IMG/VR virus record: IMGVR_UViG_3300045988_158059
Location: 1 to 64,000 of that record
Direction: 5' to 3' (one strand)
Length of the DNA: 64,000 nt
Origin: a virus
Position 1 is the first letter of the stretch. Each line of letters opens with the position of its first letter. This document shows positions 37,965 to 47,408 of this stretch, in pieces. The notes under the pieces are model-generated. The model did not search any database. It worked only from the letters and a program-made list of their open reading frames with translations, and was not told the origin of the DNA. Both the position numbers and the translations under genes were made by a program.

Positions 37965-39311
37965 TTACTCAATGATCTTAAATGATACATCAGTACGTCT
38001 ATTCATTGCGCGATGTTCATCAGTGTCATTATCAACAACAGGATTGCTGGATCCATTTCCAACTACTACAATACGTCCGTTAGAAATTCCATTCATAACA
38101 AAATAGTTTTTAACAGCTTCTGCTCTTTGTAAAGACAACTTCTGATTATACTCGTCTTCAGGATCTGATTCCGGATTAGGGTCTGTATTTCCTGCAATTT
38201 CAATGATTGCACCGTCAAGTACCTTTGCAATGTCAATAAACTTATTAAGTTCTTTAGATGCTGCAGCAGAATCAGAGAATTTTGCCGTATTCTGAATAAA
38301 TGTAACAGATGCTTTACCCTGTAATAAAGCTTCAGTATCCTGAATTTCCTTTTTATTATCCTCTGTAACCTTTACAGTATTTGTATTAGACACTTTCGTT
38401 GCACTAAATTTATCTGAAATAGCATTAATATATGTATCATCAAAAATACTATTAACAAGATCAGCATTTACAGACTCACCAATTGATGTCCATACGTTAC
38501 ACATATCTGAATAAATTGTCTTTGCAGTTCCATTTAACAGATCTAAATTATCTTTCCATGTTGTCAGTTTTGCAGACTCTGTATTTGCTACAATATCTTC
38601 ATCTGATGCAGTATTGAACATAGGCATTACTTCACGGATTGCATTAAATTCTGTATTATACATATCTGCAGCTTCCAGAGATCCCTGGATAAATTTCTCC
38701 ACTACATCTGCATGTGCTTCTGCAAATTTCTTATCAAACAGAATTCCATCCATAACAAGATTTGAAGAACTTGCAGTGCTAAATAATACATGTGCGTCTG
38801 TCATATTCTTTGCCTGAGTCAGGTATGGTTCCCAGGTTGCTGCAACATCAATCTGACCGGCAAAAAATGCTTTTGCTGCATCATCTGGTGTTGAGAACAA
38901 TACAAGATTATCAATAATCTTTGCTTTGGCTTTATTAGAAAGATCAGAATTATTTACAAACCATACTACAAGTGTTTGAGCTTCAGAGAATTCTGGTACA
39001 CCAATTTTAGCATTTACAAGATCATTTACATTCTGAATAGAAGACTTCGCAATAATACCGTCACCACCATTTGAGTAATTTGTAATATACGGCATCACCA
39101 CTTCTTTTCCGGCATCAGTGAATTTCTTAGATAAGAATGCAGTTCTGTTGATTGTATAACCTGCAGCGTTCAGATCTCCTTTAATCAGAGCATTACTTGA
39201 TTGTGTTGCGTCGTTAATAACATTAATATTTACTTTTACGCCAAGTTTATCATAGATGGAACCTGACTGAGTTGTTAAGCCGCCATTAGCGTCAATAATG
39301 GATTTCCACAT
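37965..39311 (-). CDS. ABC-transporter substrate-binding domain (SsuA/NMT1-like) fused to a C-terminal OmpA-like domain; 3' portion of a split gene
   Basis: GVKVNINVINDATQSSNALIKGDLNAAG and IDVAATWEPY resemble the SsuA/TauA/NMT1 family. The C-terminus LSLQRAEAVKNYF...NRRTDVSF is OmpA/MotB-like. No signal peptide, and the first beta-strand of the binding fold is missing. Confidence 0.55.
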   Translation of the reverse strand: MWKSIIDANGGLTTQSGSIYDKLGVKVNINVINDATQSSNALIKGDLNAAGYTINRTAFLSKKFTDAGKEVVMPYITNYSNGGDGIIAKSSIQNVNDLVNAKIGVPEFSEAQTLVVWFVNNSDLSNKAKAKIIDNLVLFSTPDDAAKAFFAGQIDVAATWEPYLTQAKNMTDAHVLFSTASSSNLVMDGILFDKKFAEAHADVVEKFIQGSLEAADMYNTEFNAIREVMPMFNTASDEDIVANTESAKLTTWKDNLDLLNGTAKTIYSDMCNVWTSIGESVNADLVNSIFDDTYINAISDKFSATKVSNTNTVKVTEDNKKEIQDTEALLQGKASVTFIQNTAKFSDSAAASKELNKFIDIAKVLDGAIIEIAGNTDPNPESDPEDEYNQKLSLQRAEAVKNYFVMNGISNGRIVVVGNGSSNPVVDNDTDEHRAMNRRTDVSFKIIE

Positions 39312-39313
39312 TA

Positions 39314-40162
39314 CTATTGATTCAGTTCGTTACGCTGAACTGTTGATTTCCGTATAGGATATTTTATATTTGGATTATGCCAACTGCCACCATTATTAAT
39401 TCTATAAATCTGAGTAACAGCTCGACCATATAATTTAGCAATATACTTCATAGGAATGCTAGGATCTTCTAACAATTTAATAATTTCTTCTAATTCATCA
39501 TGAGTTAATCCTAATTCTCTGATAGGATATTCATCGTTTTCATCATAATATGTAACACCTTTATTAATGTTTAAAATTACATATCTTTCTACTTTAAACA
39601 TTCTAGCAATATAGTCTATACTATAAAAGCCATCTCGTAACATTTTTTTGATTAATTTAATTTTTTCATGATTTATAGATGGACATATTAAAGGTTCTCT
39701 GATAGGATAAGTGATATCATTTTTTCTCCAAGCTATTCCGGTATTAACATTTCGAATAGTTTTTATTGATACATTATACTTTTCGGCAAGCTTATCAAAT
39801 TCAACGTTCGTTTCTTTTAAATCTTTCATCAATAAATCAACCTGCTGTTGTGTTAACTTACTTTGCGGATTATTTTCTCCAGAACTATCTTGCCCACCAT
39901 TTTGAATATTATATCCGAACTCTTTCTCATTACTGCGATATAATTTAATATATTCCTTTTCTTTTGTATTATAATCTTCTCCGAAATATAATGTTTCTAC
40001 CGAAAAATTTTCCCATCCATATTTATGTATTGCATTATAGATAGGATGATTCATGCGTTTATCATGCCGATGCTCTTTAATACGTCTTTCTAAATTATTA
40101 GTTTGTCCTATATAAATCTTATGATTTATGTTATTCTCTATTTTGTATACATATTTCTCCAA
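39314..40162 (-). CDS. GIY-YIG homing endonuclease
   Basis: KYVYKIENNINHKIYIGQTNNLERRIKEH is the GIY-(10)-YIG...R...E/H motif, followed by C-terminal DNA-binding repeats. TTG start with an AGGAGAA ribosome-binding site. Confidence 0.85.
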   Translation of the reverse strand: MEKYVYKIENNINHKIYIGQTNNLERRIKEHRHDKRMNHPIYNAIHKYGWENFSVETLYFGEDYNTKEKEYIKLYRSNEKEFGYNIQNGGQDSSGENNPQSKLTQQQVDLLMKDLKETNVEFDKLAEKYNVSIKTIRNVNTGIAWRKNDITYPIREPLICPSINHEKIKLIKKMLRDGFYSIDYIARMFKVERYVILNINKGVTYYDENDEYPIRELGLTHDELEEIIKLLEDPSIPMKYIAKLYGRAVTQIYRINNGGSWHNPNIKYPIRKSTVQRNELNQ

Positions 40163-40543
40163 TTCTTTATATTCTCCTTACACGTTACAACACTATATTT
40201 TTCAATATAGATTAGAGTACATCACCATCTTTTATAAGATGCGCCTCCACTGGCTTTAACGAATTTAAAAGCTCTTACTCGTTGAACCTTATCCTGTTCG
40301 GATTTTGGAAGCTGATTCCCCATTCTTACAGCACTTAGCACCTTCTCATATTTCAATGAAAAAGCTTTTATTTCAGCTTATGCCATCTTACTAATTTTTT
40401 CTGCTTTCGCCACATTCACACTTATGCGTATTTCATCATTATGTTGTAGTTTAGTAAGCTTTAGGGTGGCTACGTGTATAGCCTTAATTCCAGCAATTCA
40501 AAGGCGTTCGATCACATTGTCACCAATGTAAAAGGGCTAGAAA

Positions 40544-40831
40544 TTAACCAATCCATTCATCTAATGACACATTAATAACATTATCATCAGCAGTTTTCGC
40601 TTCATCTTTCTTTACAGTGTTTTTCTTGTCATCATCCTCATTATTTGAAGTAGATTCTGTTTTAGCGACTGTTTCTGATGTAGTAGTACCGGATACTGAT
40701 TTATCTTTCTTCGTCTGAATCATTCCAGTCTGTGTTCCTGCAAAGATACCTCCTCCAAGCAGTGCTACAATCAGAACCATAATCAGAATTTTTGCTGCTT
40801 TAGTTAATCTAAATCTTTTTGCTTTCTTCAT
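40544..40831 (-). CDS. signal-anchor plus Ser/Thr/Asp-rich linker; likely 5' exon or N-terminal fragment of the split substrate-binding-protein gene
   Basis: Basic N-terminus, TM helix, low-complexity linker, ending VINVSLDEWIG. That ending resembles the missing first beta-strand (RLGYFPNIT in SsuA-type proteins). Confidence 0.45.
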   Translation of the reverse strand: MKKAKRFRLTKAAKILIMVLIVALLGGGIFAGTQTGMIQTKKDKSVSGTTTSETVAKTESTSNNEDDDKKNTVKKDEAKTADDNVINVSLDEWIG

Positions 40832-40842
40832 TTTACTACTCC

Positions 40843-41580
40843 TTATTTATTATATTTCTTTTTCAAGCTGTTCAGATAATCATTGCTGTTATTCTTTTTT
40901 GCTTCCGCTTCAGCCTTTTCAAGTTTGGTAGACATCTTATTATTGTGTACTACTTTAGATCCTTCCACAATAGCATCCAGATCTCTGTTTTTATCTCGAA
41001 CAGAATCAAGCAATTTATCTGTTGCCGTGACATTTTTCAGTTCATCCATATCATCATAGACTTCCTGAAGCTGCTTCTTTACCTTCATATTCTCCACAAC
41101 TTCTTTACTTTCACGCTTTAGACTTCTAAGATTCTTTTCACACCTTTCCTGTGTCTCTTTTGCAGCGGCCGTAGCTTCTTTATAGGCATTTACCAAACCG
41201 GTAACTCTGCGAATATCTGAAAGAATCTCTTCTCTTTCCTCTGCCTTTAACTGTGCAAGCTCGATCTGATTAGTTTTAACCAGAGATTCACACTCTGCTT
41301 CAACATTAACAAGTCGCTTTCTTTTTCTATCAAGATCTTTCTGCGCATTGCTCAGTTTTCCAGCAGCAATCTTATATGCATTATCCGCTTTATTATAAGA
41401 TTCCTGAGCCTGGTCAATTTTTTCTTCGTAGATAGCCTCTGCTCCTTCTGGTGTGGTTGCCATATCTTTGATAAATAATCTAGTAAATCCAGACAGTAAT
41501 TTTCTTGCTTCCGGAAACAGAATCAGTATCAATACAATAACAACCACTACAACAATAAAAATCAGTTTACCAAGTTCCAT
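40843..41580 (-). CDS. membrane-anchored coiled-coil protein (PspA/IM30-like?)
   Basis: N-terminal poly-Val/Ile TM helix, then ~200 aa of charged coiled coil. Confidence 0.35.
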   Translation of the reverse strand: MELGKLIFIVVVVVIVLILILFPEARKLLSGFTRLFIKDMATTPEGAEAIYEEKIDQAQESYNKADNAYKIAAGKLSNAQKDLDRKRKRLVNVEAECESLVKTNQIELAQLKAEEREEILSDIRRVTGLVNAYKEATAAAKETQERCEKNLRSLKRESKEVVENMKVKKQLQEVYDDMDELKNVTATDKLLDSVRDKNRDLDAIVEGSKVVHNNKMSTKLEKAEAEAKKNNSNDYLNSLKKKYNK

Positions 41581-42113
41581 TATGCATTTCCTCCAACAGT
41601 AAAGTTAATTAAATTTTTAATTCTGTCAATTTCAGCAGTAATAGTTTCATCAGATGTTTTTGTTTCAGCTCTTTGATCAGCAATTTCCTTTTCCAGACGC
41701 TCGATTTCCATTTTGTGTTCTTCAATAGCATTTTCTTTTTCAGTAACAACAGCTTCAGAATCACAAATAATCTTTGAGAGAATGTCGCTTAAAACATCAA
41801 CTCTTTTTTCTCCGTCTGCCTCAACATCAGTCACTGTCAAGCCAAATACACCAAGTGTTGCCAACACTGAATTTCTTTTTGTTTCTGTCGTCATTTCCTT
41901 TGGAAATGATTTTATTAACTCCTCCACTTTAAAAATTGACTGTGTTTTATCTGCCAGATTATTCTGGCTGTAAATATCATCAATCAAAGTGTCAGTGTTA
42001 ACTGAATCAAGCTCTGCGTTGGTCTCGGTTGTATCAAAATCAGTATCTATGTCTGGAATATCAGGCGTCTCATCCGGTACTTCTTCCACAAATAAGTTTT
42101 TTAAAATTCCCAT
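41580..42113 (-). CDS. hypothetical acidic protein
   Basis: 177 aa; D/E/T-rich N-terminus. Confidence 0.35.
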   Translation of the reverse strand: MGILKNLFVEEVPDETPDIPDIDTDFDTTETNAELDSVNTDTLIDDIYSQNNLADKTQSIFKVEELIKSFPKEMTTETKRNSVLATLGVFGLTVTDVEADGEKRVDVLSDILSKIICDSEAVVTEKENAIEEHKMEIERLEKEIADQRAETKTSDETITAEIDRIKNLINFTVGGNA

Positions 42114-42125
42114 AGTATTTCCTTC

Positions 42126-42737
42126 CTAAAATTTCAATATTTCATCACACATTATCTTTGCTTCTGATTCACTGTGTGTGACCATGATCACAGTATTATC
42201 AAGTAACATATGCAAATCCATAATTAACAATTGCATATTACTTCGTGTCTCAGCATCCAGCGCTGACAACGGTTCATCCATTAAAAGAATCTTTGGTTTT
42301 GCAAATAACGTCCTTGCTAACGCAAGTCGCTGTTTCATGCCTCCAGATAACTGCTTAGGATATTTATTTTCGTTTCCATTCAAACCAACTAAATAAAGCA
42401 TCTTCTTAGCTGCTTCTATATCTTCTGGTTCTATATGGCCTTTAACTTTTTTAGCAATTAGTATATTGTCAAGACAATTTAACCAATCAAAAGAAGTATA
42501 GTTCTGATGCATCATATATACTTCATTTTTACTTGCTTTTGTAACCGGATTATTATCTATTATAATTTCTCCAGATAACGGTTTGATTAATCCTGCAACA
42601 GTCCTTAACAAAGTTGTCTTGCCGCATCCAGATTCTCCAAGGATCCCGTAGATCTTATTATCAAAATTATAATTAAACCCAGATAAAAGTGGTTTATCTC
42701 TGCTGTATCCTGTGTATAAATCATGAATTTCAATCAT
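42126..42737 (-). CDS. ABC transporter ATP-binding protein
   Basis: GESGCGKTT Walker A, LSGGMKQRLALAR signature, LLMDEPLSALD Walker B, H-loop. Confidence 0.85.
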   Translation of the reverse strand: MIEIHDLYTGYSRDKPLLSGFNYNFDNKIYGILGESGCGKTTLLRTVAGLIKPLSGEIIIDNNPVTKASKNEVYMMHQNYTSFDWLNCLDNILIAKKVKGHIEPEDIEAAKKMLYLVGLNGNENKYPKQLSGGMKQRLALARTLFAKPKILLMDEPLSALDAETRSNMQLLIMDLHMLLDNTVIMVTHSESEAKIMCDEILKF

Positions 42738-43476
42738 TTATATACCTCCACTTAAAAATTTTCCTTACTAACCATTTAGATACATAATCAAATATAACAC
42801 TGATGATCATAATCACAATGATTGCCATAAATACTAAATCTGTTCTTCCTCTGGAAGATGATTGCTGGATTATATATCCAAGTCCATATTGAGCATTTAT
42901 TGTTTCAGCTACTGCAATATATGTAAATCCAATTCCATACATCATAATGTAGCTATTCAATACTCCTGGCAATGATGCCGGAATCTGGATTCTCCATATC
43001 GTTTGTAATTTGCTCATTCCAATTGTAAGTCCAGTATCTATTAGATCGTTGTTTACTTCCTCCAGGCATAATACAACTGACGGCATCATATATACGAATG
43101 TTGCGATAAACAAAAATACAATTTTCATCATTTCATCTATCCCAAACCACATAATAAGCAATGGATAAAATGCAGTCACCGGAATATATCGCATAACACT
43201 GATTATCGGATTAAGAATATCCTTAGCAATTCTGGAATTATAAACCAGAATCGCTATAGGAAATGCTATTGCTCCAGATATAAATGTAGCAGCAGTTATT
43301 CTTAGAAACGAATATTCAATTGCCTTAATCAACTGTCCGGTATGTATCATGCCTATCAGATCATCAAATACCGTAACTGGCTCCGGAACGAACAAGGGAT
43401 TTACGTGTTTTGCTGTGATATTCCAAATAAGGAGTATCGAAGCAAGTAAAAGAATTCTTTTTGTAAATGTTTTCAT
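42730..43476 (-). CDS. ABC transporter permease (SsuC/TauC-type inner-membrane component)
   Basis: Six hydrophobic segments and an EAA-like loop. Overlaps the ATPase gene by 8 nt. Confidence 0.7.
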   Translation of the reverse strand: MKTFTKRILLLASILLIWNITAKHVNPLFVPEPVTVFDDLIGMIHTGQLIKAIEYSFLRITAATFISGAIAFPIAILVYNSRIAKDILNPIISVMRYIPVTAFYPLLIMWFGIDEMMKIVFLFIATFVYMMPSVVLCLEEVNNDLIDTGLTIGMSKLQTIWRIQIPASLPGVLNSYIMMYGIGFTYIAVAETINAQYGLGYIIQQSSSRGRTDLVFMAIIVIMIISVIFDYVSKWLVRKIFKWRYIND

Positions 43477-43486
43477 TTTATTTCCC

Positions 43487-43660
43487 TTAAAGAATATGGC
43501 GTAAAATATTATACAAAGCTTCTAATTTTCCGGTTTCCTCGTATATAGCTTCTACAATTACAGCTAATACCGCAGCACATATAAAACACAAAATTAGTAG
43601 TAAAATCAATATCACAATCACCATAAACAGAAATGCCGCAATATCTCCGAGTATTCCCAT
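43487..43660 (-). CDS. small membrane protein (57 aa) upstream of the ABC permease
   Basis: Hand-translated MGILGDIAAFLFMVIVILILLLILCFICAAVLAVIV... GAGGAG ribosome-binding site. Confidence 0.4.
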   Translation of the reverse strand: MGILGDIAAFLFMVIVILILLLILCFICAAVLAVIVEAIYEETGKLEALYNILRHIL

Positions 43661-43663
43661 ATA

Positions 43664-44065
43664 TTACTCCTCTAACATGGCTGTCAGTTCTTCGAGACTC
43701 TTGCCTTCCAGAGCTTCGTTCTGCTTTCTCTCAATGATTCTCATAATCTTCTGATTACGCTCTTTCTTATCTTTCGCAGCAAGTCTCTCTGCAGCTTCTG
43801 CCTGTTTTACCTGTACGATGAATTTTACAATCTGAATTTTATTTTCCAGCGCCTGGTCTGCTTCAGATTTAACCTGTAACAGACTTTCTTCATCACTCTG
43901 TTTTTTCTCTTTATTCAGCAGTTTAAATACTGAATCCAGATCCTGTAATTTCAGATCCCATAAATCCTCTACTGAAATCATTCCTTTGAACGGGAATCTG
44001 TATTTATATCTTGTTGCCGCCTCAAAAATATTTGTAAGTTCCATGTTTTTATTCCTCCAATACAT
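43664..44065 (-). CDS. hypothetical protein
   Basis: 133 aa ORF. Confidence 0.4.
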   Translation of the reverse strand: MYWRNKNMELTNIFEAATRYKYRFPFKGMISVEDLWDLKLQDLDSVFKLLNKEKKQSDEESLLQVKSEADQALENKIQIVKFIVQVKQAEAAERLAAKDKKERNQKIMRIIERKQNEALEGKSLEELTAMLEE

Positions 44066-44071
44066 ATAATT

Positions 44072-44566
44072 TTATTTAACAAACATCCAGTCTTCTGCGA
44101 GCATATCCGACTGGGTAGCAAGCCATCCCATCTGTACGCCAGATGTTCCAACAAAAGCGATGGCTTTATTTCCGATTGCGTCATGCTCACAATTTACAAT
44201 CTCATTATCGGCAGTCTTATAAGAAATCCCAGTGGCAAGCTGAATGTACTGTTTCTTTCCATTCCAGCCTTTACGTGCCACTTTAAATCCTCTTTTCAGG
44301 TACTTAATCGCTTCTCCGAATGAGAATGTTGCTTCTCCACCAAGTATTGGGCAGTTCCGACTATCCGCATAAACCCACTCATCGGAAAGAATATTCTGAA
44401 GCGTATACTCCACATTCTGTGTTTCTCTTATATCCAGACAGCCGCCATCTTTTGTGTACATAAGGATTGTCTGGGATTCTTCATCCCACCACCAATAACC
44501 CGCCCATGACGGAAGTTTTACTGGAATTCCAGATTTCATTTCTTCAAATGCTTCTTTAAATTTCAT
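44072..44566 (-). CDS. tandem DUF2829 protein (Tad2-like)
   Basis: Two repeats. The second, FSFGEAIKYLKRGFKVARKGWNGKKQYIQL...WLATQSDMLAEDWMFV, matches the DUF2829 pattern as I recall it (..GEAL.ALK.GKKV.RKGWNG...SQ.D.LAEDWE.V). The first, MKFKEAFEEMKSG...LQNILSDEWVYA, is more diverged. Confidence 0.65.
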   Translation of the reverse strand: MKFKEAFEEMKSGIPVKLPSWAGYWWWDEESQTILMYTKDGGCLDIRETQNVEYTLQNILSDEWVYADSRNCPILGGEATFSFGEAIKYLKRGFKVARKGWNGKKQYIQLATGISYKTADNEIVNCEHDAIGNKAIAFVGTSGVQMGWLATQSDMLAEDWMFVK

Positions 44567-44583
44567 AACTTTCTCCCTTCTTT

Positions 44584-44596
44584 GTTTAATTAAATT
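44584..44596 (-). promoter_or_regulatory. conserved intergenic motif, GTTTAATTAAATT class (representative instance)
   Basis: Minus strand reads AATTTAATTAAACAAagaagggagaaagttATG: motif, then ribosome-binding site, then ATG of the Tad2-like gene. Confidence 0.5.
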
Positions 44597-44599
44597 GTA

Positions 44600-46666
44600 T
44601 TAGAATTTGATTTTTAATACTCGCTCTGTAGCACCCTTTACCTTAATAATCAAATCATTTCTCTTTGTAAGGGAGAATCCTACTCCAGAAAGCTGATCAT
44701 CAATATCTTTTACATGTGCCTTCGCTCCAAGCGCTTCAAATACTCTTCGATGCTGCTCAAGTTCCGGTTTCAAGAATTCATTATAATATCCATTCGGCTC
44801 TTCTGGATTGATGCAGTCCTTCAGCATAAAGAATAAGTGCTGATGACCAATTCCCTTCTGTTCATCCCAGTAATTTGGTGAGTAGCATACAACAGATACC
44901 GGTGTAAACTGCAGAGTTTTAATTCCCCATACATCTTTACTGATCATAGAACAATTTCCTGGAAGTTTGTCCACAATTTTGAAATTACCTGCCTGATCAA
45001 GAATTACTTCTGCAACATCTACATCGCCACGTACTGGAGTATTATATTCATAAGAATGAATTTCTCCATTTACTTCGATTTCGGCTTTAAATCCCTGAGA
45101 TCCTCTGTATGCGAACTGATTTACAAAAAACTTATATGTACCAGGAATCATGCGTTCTTTAGATGGAAATGTAATATTTTCAACGGCAACTCCATTACTA
45201 TTCCAGCACTGATCAACTGGCTGAGTAATATCAATATCCAATTCTCCACCGGATCGTGCTTTTTTGTGACCAAAATAAATATGCTCTCCACGTTTTGGTT
45301 CAATACAATGTGCGTCAAGGTCAGAATTATCTTTTCCATCTTTGTCATTCCATTGAATAGAAAATCTTACAATGCCTGTGACTGAACCACCAGCAGCTTT
45401 TACATTTTCTTTGATATCTGAATCTGTAATATTACCGGTATACGCCCAAGACATTCCATTGTTCCATTTGAACATTGTTTTCGCATCAGCAACTTCTGGA
45501 GCAATCAAAGATACCATATTTTGAATATGTTTATTCTCCAGGTATACTTCCAGTTCCTTTGCCACTGGCAAAACATTCTTAATAAAATCTTCTGCACTTA
45601 TTTCCTCTACCTTAGAGAATCGTTTTGGATCAATTGCAACATCCTGTTCCATTTCATCAAACAAATCCATAGCGCCGGTAATTCTCTTTGCTGCGTCTTT
45701 ATTAGAGAAAAGTATATTGTTCACTGTGATATCATCCAAGGTAGCAAATCTTCTCTGTAATGAATCCATATAACCAAGTTCTGTAATAGTCTTCTTTGCA
45801 TTTTCAAGCATCTTCTTTGTAAAAATTGCCTTTGGACGTTTATAATTTACAGGGGCTACAATCTGCTCATATTTTCTAACGGCAAGGTCAAGATCCATTC
45901 CTTCGGAAATATTCACCAGCAATGTTCCTATGCTATGGTTACGAATCTTACCGATAACGGCACCTGCAGAAATTGACTTTTCCCAGATCCAAAGTTCTTT
46001 CTGTTTATCCGTAAGCTTTCCATATTCTTTCTGATAATTCTTAAATTCAGTAAGTTGCTTTTTCCATTCGGCACCTTTATATAAAGAATTTTGAGCAATC
46101 AGTTCAAGTACAGTATCTACAGCTTCTTTACTAATTTCATCAAGAGAACGTTTAAATACATTACGGACATCTCTGAATTGACTTAAATCACCTTCAAGTG
46201 TATGTCCATAACATTCCTTAAAGATACAAATTTCTGGCAGATCTACGAAGAAATGCTCGTATTTATTAATTTTTCCTGTCGGGAGCATTTCTCTATTTTC
46301 ATGAGTACCAATTCGTTTCTCTTTTTTGAGGAATACCCCTGATACCGCTTTCTGTTTTACATAGGCATCAAGCGCAGCTGCGACTACATTATATTTATCA
46401 TCTGATACTGGATTAATTCCCCAAATGGTATGTAACTCACCATTTTTAATAGATACAACGTTACCAACGTCTCTGATAAAATGTCTACAGCAACTGCAGT
46501 CATATTCTCTTCTTTCTCTGTAAATTTCATTTGTACCTGCCGGAAACGAATCCAGATATAAATTATAAAGCTCCTCGGTGTCCACATTTACTGTGAATAA
46601 TCTTGAAGAATCTTTAGACATCTGCTGTAAATTTTTCTGGATTGCCTTTACAAAATCTCTAAACAT
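44600..46666 (-). CDS. hypothetical large protein (688 aa)
   Basis: Long ORF with no recognisable catalytic motif. Confidence 0.45.
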   Translation of the reverse strand: MFRDFVKAIQKNLQQMSKDSSRLFTVNVDTEELYNLYLDSFPAGTNEIYRERREYDCSCCRHFIRDVGNVVSIKNGELHTIWGINPVSDDKYNVVAAALDAYVKQKAVSGVFLKKEKRIGTHENREMLPTGKINKYEHFFVDLPEICIFKECYGHTLEGDLSQFRDVRNVFKRSLDEISKEAVDTVLELIAQNSLYKGAEWKKQLTEFKNYQKEYGKLTDKQKELWIWEKSISAGAVIGKIRNHSIGTLLVNISEGMDLDLAVRKYEQIVAPVNYKRPKAIFTKKMLENAKKTITELGYMDSLQRRFATLDDITVNNILFSNKDAAKRITGAMDLFDEMEQDVAIDPKRFSKVEEISAEDFIKNVLPVAKELEVYLENKHIQNMVSLIAPEVADAKTMFKWNNGMSWAYTGNITDSDIKENVKAAGGSVTGIVRFSIQWNDKDGKDNSDLDAHCIEPKRGEHIYFGHKKARSGGELDIDITQPVDQCWNSNGVAVENITFPSKERMIPGTYKFFVNQFAYRGSQGFKAEIEVNGEIHSYEYNTPVRGDVDVAEVILDQAGNFKIVDKLPGNCSMISKDVWGIKTLQFTPVSVVCYSPNYWDEQKGIGHQHLFFMLKDCINPEEPNGYYNEFLKPELEQHRRVFEALGAKAHVKDIDDQLSGVGFSLTKRNDLIIKVKGATERVLKIKF

Positions 46667-46689
46667 ATTTTTATCTCCTTATTGTTTAA

Positions 46690-47322
46690 TTAAATTTTTA
46701 TTTTCACTGATTTTTCTTTTCTTATTCGAGACTGATTCTTTTTGAACAATTCATCAAATACTCTTGGAGTATACTTTTTATCTGGCACAATTTTTTCTAT
46801 TCTTTTAGTAGCACTTCCAGATAAAACGCTCGCACATGATTGAATTTTCATTGTATTTATAATTTGCATCTTATTCTTAGCTTCTCTTCGTCTATCACAA
46901 ATCTCTTGCAGCTTTTTGCATAATTTATATCCTTCTGCCGCAGAAAACTTATGAAATTCAATATAATGCAAAATGTCTGAAATTTGTAAATCAGTATATG
47001 AAATAATAGAATTAAGTTCTTTTGAATAATCAGTAATTTCATTCATCTTACTTGAAAATTCATTTATACTACCGATAATTTCACCAACTATATCATCTGT
47101 CGTAATTGCTTCAACTCCATTATAATCGGTTTCACAAATTTCATATGGTCCAAATTTTTTTAATACGTCTGGAATATTATTTGCTTGAATTGCCTTAATC
47201 TTTTTCTTTTCAATTTCAGGAACCAAGAGTGCATCAGCAAGATCAGATACTAATTTGATTCTTCCTGTTGGATCTCTTGCGATGTACTCTCCATTTTTCC
47301 CTTTTAAATAGTAACATATCAT
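46690..47322 (-). CDS. hypothetical protein
   Basis: 210 aa ORF. Confidence 0.4.
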   Translation of the reverse strand: MICYYLKGKNGEYIARDPTGRIKLVSDLADALLVPEIEKKKIKAIQANNIPDVLKKFGPYEICETDYNGVEAITTDDIVGEIIGSINEFSSKMNEITDYSKELNSIISYTDLQISDILHYIEFHKFSAAEGYKLCKKLQEICDRRREAKNKMQIINTMKIQSCASVLSGSATKRIEKIVPDKKYTPRVFDELFKKNQSRIRKEKSVKIKI

Positions 47323-47408
47323 TGTTCATGCCTTTCTGATTGAGTTAATCTAATTCGTTTTGATAGATCAACTATATCACTGTTATTTGCATTTGTCAAT
47401 AGTAAAAG

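Noticed and set aside
44600-46666. Possibility that the 688 aa protein is a T4 Alt-like ADP-ribosyltransferase (similar size, adjacent to the Tad2-like gene; YRGSQG and PELEQ look R / ExE-like)
   Set aside because: No convincing ordered R...S-T-S...ExE motif triad. Left as hypothetical.
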